A stretch of 54,519 nt of DNA, taken from the NCBI GenBank assembly GCA_031266515.1, contig JAISAW010000065.1, positions 1 through 54,519 of the forward strand. The letters are read 5' to 3'. Below the pieces are notes generated by a model. The model was not told the origin of the DNA, did not search any database, and saw only the letters and a program-made list of their open reading frames with translations. The DNA is from Eubacteriales Family XIII. Incertae Sedis bacterium (lineage in GTDB: Bacteria; Bacillota; Clostridia; Peptostreptococcales; Anaerovoracaceae). Made by a program: the position numbers and the translations under genes. This document shows positions 46,559 to 54,519 of the stretch, one piece after another (the first letter of the stretch is position 1; each line of letters starts with the position of its first letter).

Positions 46559-47454
46559 TGGCGGCACCACCTATCAGAAAAACAAAGTTCGTCCCGGAAT
46601 GGATCGACATGGGCCCAAAGATCCCTGTCCCCAGGATCGACTGGATCAAAGACAAACAGCTCGACATCAGCTACGGCAGCCACCGTCTGCAGAAGTACGA
46701 CCTGTACTACCCCGAGACAAGGCCCGAAGGCCTTCTCCCTGCCGTGGTAATCGTACACGGCGGCGGCTTCACTCATATGGACAAACGGGACTGGCATATG
46801 TATCCCGGCTTCTTTGCCCTGCAGGAAGGCTTTGCCCTGATTTCGGCCAACTACCGGCTTGCCCCTGAAAGCAAATACCCCGCTGCGGAAAACGACCTCA
46901 TAGACGCCATCCTGCACATCAAATCGCATGCGGCAGAGTGGGGGCTCGATGCGGACAGGCTGTGCCTTTACGGCACGTCAGCGGGCGGAAACCTCGTTTC
47001 GGTCACAGGGCTGAAAGGCCATAATGAAAACGCCCCCTATGCCGTGCGCGCAGTCGCCGCGCTGTGCCCTCTCCTGAGCTTTGACATGGTGCGGGACGCA
47101 GTACGGGAAAACCGAACGTCATTTTTGATCCGGATCCTGCTTACGTATATGTGCAAAAAATACTTCGGCAGCTTTCCCTCGCGCGCAGCGGACAAAATGA
47201 CTGCCGCCAGCGCAGAGAGCTATATCGGGGAAACGATCCCGCCGTTTTATCTCCAGAGCGGGACGCTTGACCCTGCAATCGACTACCGAGACGTTGTCAG
47301 CTTTCACGGGCTGCTGTTCGAAACAGGCAACGCCACACAGGACAACCTCGTGCTGGACATATTGGAAGGGGCACCTCACGCAGGTGCCGGGCCGGAGTAT
47401 TTGGAGCCGCAAAATATCCTGCCCATCCTCGAATTTTTCAAGCGGCAATTTTAG
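46558..47454 (+). CDS. Alpha/beta-hydrolase esterase (HSL-like fold-3 family)
   Basis: VIVHGGGF is the oxyanion HGGG motif and GTSAGGN the GxSxG nucleophile. The ATG overlaps the upstream TAA (TAATG). Confidence 0.85.
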   Translation: MAAPPIRKTKFVPEWIDMGPKIPVPRIDWIKDKQLDISYGSHRLQKYDLYYPETRPEGLLPAVVIVHGGGFTHMDKRDWHMYPGFFALQEGFALISANYRLAPESKYPAAENDLIDAILHIKSHAAEWGLDADRLCLYGTSAGGNLVSVTGLKGHNENAPYAVRAVAALCPLLSFDMVRDAVRENRTSFLIRILLTYMCKKYFGSFPSRAADKMTAASAESYIGETIPPFYLQSGTLDPAIDYRDVVSFHGLLFETGNATQDNLVLDILEGAPHAGAGPEYLEPQNILPILEFFKRQF

Positions 47455-47471
47455 GGGAGGAGGAATTTCAC

Positions 47472-48293
47472 TTGGCCAGGATAACTTTCGTCACACGCTG
47501 CGACGACCTCGGCAGCAGTATCAGCGCCAACCAGGCTATCAACGCCGTGACACAGGCGGGATTCATGAAAAATGTTTCCGTCATGGCGCCAGGCAGCTTC
47601 GCAGAGCAAGCGGCCGAATCGCTTGCGGGCCGCAAAGAGCTATGCTTCGGTATGCACACCACCTTGAACGCCGAATGGGACAGGGTGAAATGGGCACCCG
47701 TCCTGCCGCTGGACGAAAAAAGCGGGCTTGTGGATGAAAAAGGGTATTTTTTAGCCGACCCCGCGATTTTTGAAAAGACCAGGCCTGCGGTGGAAACCAT
47801 CATGCGGGAAGTGGACGCCCAGCTGGAAAAACTGCACACCGTGGGCTTTGACATAAAGTACGTCGATTCCCACATGTTCCCGGAGATGTTCGTGGAGGGG
47901 ATGGATGAGGCAATGGCGGACTTCGCGAAAAAGAAAGGCCTCATCGACCATATGTATTACTACAATCTGCCGCCGGGCTTTGAAAATTTGCAAGCGGAGC
48001 CAACCGAAATCATGGAGGCCCTGAAAGCCCTGCCGGACGGCCAGTACTTTTTCGTGTCCCACCCCTCGCTTGACACCGAGGAAATGCGGATGACCGGAAA
48101 TGCCATGTACAGCGGCGAAGATGTGGCCAAAGGGCGTGCCCTTGAAACACAGCTATTCTCAAATCCGGCTCTGGCCGTTGCGTTACGCAGCATAGGCTGC
48201 GAAGGTGTGCGGTACGATGAAGCGACGCCACAGAGACGGGCGACGGTGACAGAGTTCAGGCAAATGTTTGCGGGCCCTCGGGCCGCTGAATGA
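47472..48293 (+). CDS. YdjC/ChbG-family carbohydrate deacetylase
   Basis: The N-terminus ...FVTRCDDLGSS... carries the metal-binding DD, and the length and pattern are typical of the family. The TTG start lies about 9 nt after GGAGGAGG. Confidence 0.7.
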   Translation: MARITFVTRCDDLGSSISANQAINAVTQAGFMKNVSVMAPGSFAEQAAESLAGRKELCFGMHTTLNAEWDRVKWAPVLPLDEKSGLVDEKGYFLADPAIFEKTRPAVETIMREVDAQLEKLHTVGFDIKYVDSHMFPEMFVEGMDEAMADFAKKKGLIDHMYYYNLPPGFENLQAEPTEIMEALKALPDGQYFFVSHPSLDTEEMRMTGNAMYSGEDVAKGRALETQLFSNPALAVALRSIGCEGVRYDEATPQRRATVTEFRQMFAGPRAAE

Positions 48294-48313
48294 CAGGAGA
48301 GGAGAAGAAAACC

Positions 48314-49678
48314 ATGGGAAAGAGAATCTTCCGTACCAACGGTATCGAGCGATGGAGCTTCGCGCTCTTCATGGCGGGGCAAGGCATCATCAATACGTTT
48401 GCAGCCGGCTTCTTGCCGCTGTATTTGACCGACAGAGGTATCTCAGCCTATGCAGCAGGCACGATATTCCTGATCGCCCGCGTATGGGACGCTGTGAACG
48501 ACCCGATATTTGGCGTCATCCTGGATAGGACCAACTTGAAGTCGGGTAAATTCCTTCCATTTTTGAGGGCATCGAATATAATGCTGCCGCTCACCGTGCT
48601 GCTGATGTTTGCCATTCCGAGCAGCTTGTCCACCGGGTGGAAAATAGCCTGGTCTTTTGTGGCTTACCTGCTGTTCGACGTGGCTTATACCATGTGCGAC
48701 GTACCCATCTTCGCCATGACTTCCGCCGTGACCGACCAGGTGCACGAACGCATCAACATCATGTCGCGAAATGCTGTGCTGAGCACCATTGCCATGGTCG
48801 TGGTGGCGGTGGCGGTACCGCAGCTTTACCCTGCCATCGGCCCGTTTTTCACGGCACTCATCGTGGCTGCCGTCTCGGCTTTCATGATGTACTTTATGAG
48901 CCGCTTCGCCAGAGAACGCTATATCAACAAGGACGAGGAGAAAGTCACGCTGAAAAGCATGTTGCAATACGTAAAGGACAACAAGTACCTGCGCATCGGG
49001 TTCCTGGGCATCATGGTATGTTCGGTTACAAGCATGACGAACGCCGTCACCACCTACTTCGCCGTCAACTGCCTCGGCGATCTCAGCATGGTGACGATAA
49101 TATCGCTCTTCCTCGCACTGCCGTCGCTGGCGATAGGCGTGCTGATGCCTCAACTGACCAAGCGCTTTGACAAGTTTCACCTGCTTATGGTCGGCATCAT
49201 CGGCCAGACTGTGATGAGCTTCGTATGCTATTTTGCCGGATACGAAAACTTTACCATCTTCATCGTGCTTATGGGCATCCGCAGCATATTCTTCGGTGTG
49301 CAGCTCATCCTGCAGCTGCAGCTTACGGGGGATTTCGTGGAGTACGGGGAGTACCTCACAGGCAAGCGGCTGCAAGGCACAGCCTACTCTATCCAGACCT
49401 TTGTCTTCAAATTCATGAACGCAGTGCCGGCAGCCATAGCGATGTTTATCCTCGGCGCGTTCGGGTTCATATCGGGTGAAGGCGCAGTGCAGCCCCCTTC
49501 AGCCATCAGCGCCATCTGGGTGCTGTTCATACTCTCTCCAGTGGTGGGCGCACTGGTTTCGCTGCCCATTTTTGCCAAATACAAGCTGCGGGATAAAAAT
49601 GTACAGATCATGGCGGCGGCCAATTCGGGAGACATCACCCGCGAAGAGGCGGAAGAACTGCTGAAAGGAAGGTACTAG
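48314..49678 (+). CDS. GPH-family (MelB-like) glycoside:cation symporter, MFS
   Basis: A 12-TM protein with ARVWDAVNDPIFGVILDRT, the GPH signature. ATG 48314 follows GGAGAGGAG. Confidence 0.88.
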   Translation: MGKRIFRTNGIERWSFALFMAGQGIINTFAAGFLPLYLTDRGISAYAAGTIFLIARVWDAVNDPIFGVILDRTNLKSGKFLPFLRASNIMLPLTVLLMFAIPSSLSTGWKIAWSFVAYLLFDVAYTMCDVPIFAMTSAVTDQVHERINIMSRNAVLSTIAMVVVAVAVPQLYPAIGPFFTALIVAAVSAFMMYFMSRFARERYINKDEEKVTLKSMLQYVKDNKYLRIGFLGIMVCSVTSMTNAVTTYFAVNCLGDLSMVTIISLFLALPSLAIGVLMPQLTKRFDKFHLLMVGIIGQTVMSFVCYFAGYENFTIFIVLMGIRSIFFGVQLILQLQLTGDFVEYGEYLTGKRLQGTAYSIQTFVFKFMNAVPAAIAMFILGAFGFISGEGAVQPPSAISAIWVLFILSPVVGALVSLPIFAKYKLRDKNVQIMAAANSGDITREEAEELLKGRY

Positions 49679-49732
49679 ACAGGACCGGGCCAGGAGCGGG
49701 CAAGGAGCCGGGAGCTATTTTCCAACTTATTC

Positions 49733-49761
49733 TTGAAACTCCCGTCCGCCTCTTGTATAAT
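49733..49761 (+). promoter_or_regulatory. Candidate pyrG promoter
   Basis: TTGAAA (49733-38), 17 nt, TATAAT (49756-61). Confidence 0.55.
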
Positions 49762-49837
49762 AAGCCGTACGAAATAACAAAGTGATTTCGAAATAAGAGG
49801 ATGCAAGCAATAACCGTCTAAAAACGAGTAAACAAAA

Positions 49838-49876
49838 GAGACCGGCCTGATCAAAGGCTCGGTTTCTTTCCTTTTT
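49838..49876 (+). terminator. Intrinsic terminator in the pyrG leader (attenuator candidate)
   Basis: GAGACCGGCC pairs with GGCTCGGTTTC as a bulged ~10-bp stem over an 8-nt loop, followed by the T-rich run TTTCCTTTTTG. It lies between the promoter and the pyrG ATG. Confidence 0.55.
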
Positions 49877-49932
49877 GTGCGACTTTGCGTGGCACCTTTA
49901 TTGCAGGAAATCGAGAGGACTGGAGCAGGGGT

Positions 49933-51549
49933 ATGACTAAATTTGTATTTGTTACTGGCGGCGTGGTATCAGGGCTCGGGAAAGGCGTCACTGCCTCATC
50001 CCTGGGCAGGCTGTTGAAGGATTGCGGGCTTAAGGTGATCGCGCAGAAGTTCGACCCTTATATCAATGTAGATCCCGGGACTATGAACCCGACAGAGCAC
50101 GGTGAAGTGTTCGTGACTGAGGATGGGGCGGAGACGGATCTGGATCTGGGGCATTACGAGCGCTTTATCGACGAAAACCTGAATAAATATTCGAACCTCA
50201 CGACGGGCAAAGTCTACTGGAGCGTGTTGAACAAAGAACGCGAAGGCGCGTACCTCGGGCAGACCATACAGGTCATCCCCCACATCACGAACGAGATAAA
50301 AGGCTTCATCCTGTCGGCAGCGGAATCTGCTGATGCGGATGTCGTGATAACCGAGGTCGGCGGCACGACAGGCGATATAGAGAGCCTGCCTTTCCTTGAA
50401 GCGATAAGGCAGTTTTCGATCGAGGTCGGCCGCGAAAATTGCGTCTTCATCCATGTGACCCTCGTGCCTTACCTGTACGCATCACACGAATACAAGAGCA
50501 AACCGACCCAACATTCTGTCAGGGAGCTGCAGTCGCTCGGCATATTCCCGGACATCATCGTCATCAGATGCGATGGCCACGTGGGCGACGACATCAAGAG
50601 AAAGATATCCCTGTTTGGCAATGTGACCCATGAGAGCGTAATTGAGAGCAGCAACATAGACCTGCTTTACGAGGCACCTCTGATGTTTGAAAGCCAGCAT
50701 TTCAGCCGCATAGTGCTCGACCGCCTCGGTATCGAAGCCGGCCCTCCGGACCTCACCGAGTGGAAGCATATGCTTGAGATGGCGAAGGCAAGGGACAAAG
50801 AGATCACGATAGGCCTCGTCGGCAAATATACGAAACTCCACGATGCGTACTACTCCATCAACCACGCTCTTGAACACGCAGGCTATGAGACAGGCGCGGC
50901 TGTCAACATCAAATGGATCGCGTCGGAAAAGGTGACGGTAGAGACCGCAGAGGGCATCCTTTCAGACTGCGACGGCATACTCGTCCCGGGAGGCTTTGGG
51001 GAGAGAGGCATCCCCGGCATGGTGGAGGCCGCGAAGTACGCGCGAGAGAACAACGTGCCATATTTCGGCATCTGCCTCGGCATGCAGGTATCGGTGATAG
51101 AGTTCGCAAAAAATGTCTGCGGTTTTGAAGGTGCCAATTCGACCGAATTTGACGAAGCCTCTCCACACCCGGTGATCGCCCTCATGGCTGACCAGCACGG
51201 CAATATCCCCAAAGGCGGCACCATGCGGCTGGGTGCCTGCCCCTGCGTCATCAAACCCGGCAGCATCATGAGCCTGGCATACGGCAAGGATGAGATCAGC
51301 GAAAGGCACAGGCACAGATACGAATTCAACAACGACTACAGGGATATTTTCGAGGAAAAAGGCATGGCGATATCGGGCAAATCGCCTGACGGAAGGCTCG
51401 TAGAAGCAGTCGAGATCCCGGGGAACGGATTTTTTGTCGGAGTGCAGTACCACCCCGAGTTCAAGAGCCGCCCGAACAGGGCCCATCCCCTTTTCAGGGA
51501 ATTCACACAAGCGGCGATAAAGCGGAAATACGAAGGGAAAAGCAAATAG
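49933..51549 (+). CDS. pyrG: CTP synthase
   Basis: [18 protein letters not shown] is the N-terminus, and GICLGMQ and HRHRYE belong to the glutamine amidotransferase domain. Confidence 0.97.
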   Translation: MTKFVFVTGGVVSGLGKGVTASSLGRLLKDCGLKVIAQKFDPYINVDPGTMNPTEHGEVFVTEDGAETDLDLGHYERFIDENLNKYSNLTTGKVYWSVLNKEREGAYLGQTIQVIPHITNEIKGFILSAAESADADVVITEVGGTTGDIESLPFLEAIRQFSIEVGRENCVFIHVTLVPYLYASHEYKSKPTQHSVRELQSLGIFPDIIVIRCDGHVGDDIKRKISLFGNVTHESVIESSNIDLLYEAPLMFESQHFSRIVLDRLGIEAGPPDLTEWKHMLEMAKARDKEITIGLVGKYTKLHDAYYSINHALEHAGYETGAAVNIKWIASEKVTVETAEGILSDCDGILVPGGFGERGIPGMVEAAKYARENNVPYFGICLGMQVSVIEFAKNVCGFEGANSTEFDEASPHPVIALMADQHGNIPKGGTMRLGACPCVIKPGSIMSLAYGKDEISERHRHRYEFNNDYRDIFEEKGMAISGKSPDGRLVEAVEIPGNGFFVGVQYHPEFKSRPNRAHPLFREFTQAAIKRKYEGKSK

Positions 51550-51551
51550 CC

Positions 51552-53039
51552 ATGGAGTACCTCGAGGAAACCGGAGATCAGGGGAAGGGGCATGGCATTC
51601 TTTTGCCGGGCAAAGGCCTGCACGAAGAGTGCGGGGTCTTCGGCATTGCCGGGGACACTGTGGCGCCAACCGGCGATCCGGATGCGGCGGCCATCACTTA
51701 CAGAGGGCTGTTTTCCCTGCAGCACAGAGGGCAGGAAGCCTGCGGCATAGCGGCGAACAACGGAGGGGTCATCACCTGTAAAAAAGGCCAGGGCCTGCTC
51801 CAGGATGTCTTTGACGAAAAAACCGTATTGAGGCTGAATGGGTCATCCGCAATAGGCCATGTGCGCTACGGCACCACCGGAGGGTCAAACCTTGAAAATG
51901 CCCAGCCGATAGCGGTCAGCCACATCAAGGGAAACCTGGCCCTGGCGCACAACGGCAACCTCGTAAACGCCGCCACCCTCCGGAAAGAGATAGAGATGAA
52001 CGGCGGCATCTTCCATACGAACAGCGATAGCGAGATCATAGCCTATACCATCGTCCGAGAGAGGATAGGGAGTGCCTCGATAGAGGAAGCAGTGAAAAAA
52101 GCCATGGGGATCATCAAGGGGGCGTACTCCCTTGTCGCGATGAGCCCGCGCAAGATGATAGCAGCCCGCGACCCGAACGGGTTCAGGCCGCTCTGTATAG
52201 GAAGGCATGAAAGAGGGTATGTCTTCGCGTCCGAATCCTGCGCCATTGACGCGATCGGCGCGGATTTCATCCGGCATGTCGAACCGGGCGAGATAGTCAT
52301 CGTGGAGGACGGCGTACTGGCCTCCATGGATTCGGGGCTTACCGTAAGCCGTTCGCTCTGCAGCTTTGAATATATCTATTTCTCAAGGCCCGACAGCATC
52401 ATACAGGGAGTGGGGGTGGACTACGCAAGACGTGAAATGGGCAAGGTGCTCGCACGGGAAAAACCGGCCGATGCGGATATAGTGGTCGCTGTGCCCGACT
52501 CCGGGCTTTCGGCCGCGCAGGGCTACTCGGACGAATCCGGGCTTCCAAACATCACAGGCCTTGTCAAAAACAGATATATAGGGCGCACCTTCATACAGCC
52601 CACCCAGGGGAGGAGGGAAAGGGACGTAAGGATGAAGCTGAACCCTCTTAGGGCCAACGTCAACGGCAAGAGGGTGATCCTCATAGACGACAGCATAGTG
52701 CGCGGCACGACATCGAAAATGATAGTCGAAGCCCTTCGCGACGCGGGTGCAAAGGAAGTCCACTTCAGGTCGTCTGCGCCTCCGTTTCGCTATCCCTGCT
52801 ATTTCGGCGTGGATGTGCCGGACCAGGACAAGCTGATAGCCGTGGGCCGAAGCGAAGCAGAGCTTGCGGACTTTATCAGCGCCGACTCAGTAGCTTATCT
52901 CTCGCACGAATCGCTGACGCGCATCATGTCAGAGGCCGGTGTGGATATCTGCAAGGCCTGTTTTTCCGGGGAATACCCGATAGATATCACAGAGGCGGCC
53001 GATACAAGCGTCTTTGACAGCCCCATAATAGCCATATAG
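51552..53039 (+). CDS. purF: Amidophosphoribosyltransferase
   Basis: A propeptide precedes the CGVFGI Ntn nucleophile, the PRPP loop is VILIDDSIVRGTT, and the C-terminal Cys residues are the 4Fe-4S ligands. Confidence 0.95.
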   Translation: MEYLEETGDQGKGHGILLPGKGLHEECGVFGIAGDTVAPTGDPDAAAITYRGLFSLQHRGQEACGIAANNGGVITCKKGQGLLQDVFDEKTVLRLNGSSAIGHVRYGTTGGSNLENAQPIAVSHIKGNLALAHNGNLVNAATLRKEIEMNGGIFHTNSDSEIIAYTIVRERIGSASIEEAVKKAMGIIKGAYSLVAMSPRKMIAARDPNGFRPLCIGRHERGYVFASESCAIDAIGADFIRHVEPGEIVIVEDGVLASMDSGLTVSRSLCSFEYIYFSRPDSIIQGVGVDYARREMGKVLAREKPADADIVVAVPDSGLSAAQGYSDESGLPNITGLVKNRYIGRTFIQPTQGRRERDVRMKLNPLRANVNGKRVILIDDSIVRGTTSKMIVEALRDAGAKEVHFRSSAPPFRYPCYFGVDVPDQDKLIAVGRSEAELADFISADSVAYLSHESLTRIMSEAGVDICKACFSGEYPIDITEAADTSVFDSPIIAI

Positions 53040-53058
53040 CGCACACGCCCGCCCTTTT

Positions 53059-53484
53059 TCAGCAGGCGTCCGCGTGTATCATATTGTACTTCTTCAGTCC
53101 GCCAAGGTCTTCGGGCTCTGCGCTGATGCTGACGACAAACTCTATGTCATGCTTCTCGCTTGCCGCTGCCACCGTATCGATGAAAGCCGGGATATCCGAG
53201 AGATTGATATCCGTGTGTTTCATGATGCTGTCGATATAAATAGCGTCTATATCGTGGTCGGAACTGATGATACCGTAGAGAAAGCCCCGGTACTCGTCAC
53301 TGTTTGTTATATCAAAATCATCGATGCATACCACGCGGATTTTATGGGCCAGGTCATACATAAGGCGGTCGTTCTTATTGATAAAGATCAGACTGCCTTT
53401 AGTGGTCCCGGCCCTCGCGTTGGCCAAATCTATCATGGTTTTGGTTTTTCCGGATCCTGCTTTCCCTACGATAAGCGTAACCAT
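53059..53484 (-). CDS. Uncharacterised 141-aa stand-alone P-loop NTPase (mini RecA/KaiC-like)
   Basis: IVGKAGSGKT is a Walker A motif, and VVCIDD/AIYIDS are Walker-B-like strands. AGGAGG lies 10 nt upstream of the ATG. I cannot assign a family from memory. Confidence 0.6.
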   Translation of the reverse strand: MVTLIVGKAGSGKTKTMIDLANARAGTTKGSLIFINKNDRLMYDLAHKIRVVCIDDFDITNSDEYRGFLYGIISSDHDIDAIYIDSIMKHTDINLSDIPAFIDTVAAASEKHDIEFVVSISAEPEDLGGLKKYNMIHADAC

Positions 53485-53528
53485 AGCACAGACACCTCCT
53501 GCGGTTCATGTTCTCCGATGACTTATCA

Positions 53529-53562
53529 AACAATAACATGCAATTTTTCACATGTCATTGTT
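53529..53562 (-). promoter_or_regulatory. Operator-like inverted repeat upstream of the P-loop gene
   Basis: AACAATAACATG (53529-40) and CATGTCATTGTT (53551-62) are separated by 10 nt, and 11 of 12 positions are complementary. The repeat lies 45-78 nt upstream of the start. Confidence 0.4.
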
Positions 53563-53770
53563 CGACAAACCCTAACAGCTTCTTCCGCCGCTTTCGCGCC
53601 GGTCGTCAAATAGAGGATATCATAATTTCGGATGGATTATCGCCAAATATTGTTTGTCCGCGGCGACTATTTCCAGACTCTTTGCTGATAGCCTTTTCCG
53701 AGGCATACCCTGCAAACAGAGCGCAGCCAAAAACGGAGTGCCTGCCGTTGCGGATCTGAGAAGCCGGGGC

Positions 53771-54178
53771 CTATTTCGCCGATATAAGTTCGAACAGGTT
53801 CATGCCTCTCATCCTGTCGTCGATGGATTCCTGGAGCTTGGTGAGCTCGCTGTGGACGTGGCATTTCCTGCCGTTATGGAGCGTCCTGTATTCGCAGGCG
53901 TAGTCGTCCGTCATACAGTGGGCGATCTTGCTTGATGAGCCGGTGGCCTGTGTTATATCGAGGAGCGTCCTGTCTCCAAGGTTTCCCAAAGTGTATCCGC
54001 CCTGCTTGCCTCTCGTGATTTTGACAAAGCCTTCGTTTGCCAGCTTCTTCATCAGCTTGTAGCCGAACTGTTTCGGAACCAACTCGGTTTCGCAGATTTC
54101 GTTGAGCGTTTTTTTCTGTCCGTCACTGAGCGTCCTCAGCGCCCTGATAGCATAATCGGTTTCTTTCGTGACTATCAA
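53771..54178 (-). CDS. Rrf2-family transcriptional regulator (three-Cys, possible Fe-S type)
   Basis: ...TKETDYAIRALRTLS... starts the wHTH, followed by ...ITRGKQGGYTL... and the Cys cluster CMTDDYACEYRTLHNGRKC. TTG 54178 lies 6 nt after AAGGAG; the ORF track starts at GTG 54199. Confidence 0.85.
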   Translation of the reverse strand: MIVTKETDYAIRALRTLSDGQKKTLNEICETELVPKQFGYKLMKKLANEGFVKITRGKQGGYTLGNLGDRTLLDITQATGSSSKIAHCMTDDYACEYRTLHNGRKCHVHSELTKLQESIDDRMRGMNLFELISAK

Positions 54179-54233
54179 TGTTTTCTCCTTGCAAACCACA
54201 GCTTCGCGCAGTCAAAATGACCCATTTATATAC

Positions 54234-54262
54234 AGTATAATACTAAATGAGTTGTTTGACAA
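54234..54262 (-). promoter_or_regulatory. Candidate promoter of the Rrf2 gene
   Basis: On the minus strand, TTGTCA (54262-57), 17 nt, TATACT (54239-34). It overlaps the TATACAGTATA palindrome. Confidence 0.5.
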
Positions 54263-54519
54263 ACGAAGTATATCAAACCGGAAGCATTTCCGTACAGGGG
54301 TCGATTGCCATAGTAAATGCGCCCCTGCGGAGAGCGAAGGGTTGTGTTAAGTCCCGCCCCCGCCTGTGGCCCATTTAATGGCGCCACCGGGGCTTCATCG
54401 CGGGGGGGGGGTATCCCTGCCATACTCCCCCATGGGGGAGCCGGCCGCATTTAGTCGTACAAGCCTTCGTTTTGGTGCAAAATATAAAAAGCGCCCTGCG
54501 CCCGTGCCATGCGCATAAA

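Noticed and set aside
54290-54470. Possible cobalamin, THF or ZTP riboswitch, or tmRNA/RNase P
   Set aside because: There are partial resemblances: GGAGAGCGAAGGGTTGTGTTAAGTC resembles the THF 5' core, CCCGCCCCCGCCTGTGG resembles cobalamin or ZTP segments, and CCCTGCC is B12-box-like. However, the essential conserved blocks (AGGGAA, GCCACTG, ACTGGCG, a closing P1) are missing. No claim is justified without a covariance-model search.

Overview
This is a moderately GC-rich chromosomal segment with Bacillota (Clostridia-like) gene order, and almost all of it is core housekeeping. In order it carries an ABC ATPase fragment, infC-rpmI-rplT, nrdR, cmk, radC-mreBCD with an orphan minD-like gene, rodA, rny, a cysteine desulfurase with thiI, a class A PBP, holA-comEC, miaB, an Xaa-Pro aminopeptidase and a glutathione peroxidase. 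A compact dcw cluster follows (mraZ-rsmH-ftsL-PBP2B-murF-mraY-murD-ftsW-murG-ftsQ-ftsZ), which has no murE and no ftsA in the window. After that come maf, an ArsB/NhaD-type permease, tRNA-Leu(CAG), a decayed sensor-kinase/ABC module with an intact FtsX permease, and tRNA-Pro(GGG). The window ends with a small sugar locus (GH13 alpha-glucosidase, esterase, YdjC deacetylase, GPH symporter), pyrG, purF, a 141-aa orphan P-loop protein and an Rrf2 regulator. I see no CRISPR array, transposase, prophage or recognisable defence system, and no large unexplained protein-coding system. The unusual signals are at the DNA/RNA level. They include a perfect 115-bp direct repeat that starts inside the tRNA-Pro T-arm and brackets a 124-bp GC-rich insert. 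Four GC-rich hairpin-dense intergenic elements share scattered motifs. There is also a 161-bp inverted-repeat-bounded element, a 12-17-nt motif recurring only in intergenic DNA, and several operator-like palindromes. Many long ORFs in the track are antisense or alternate-frame artefacts of the GC content.
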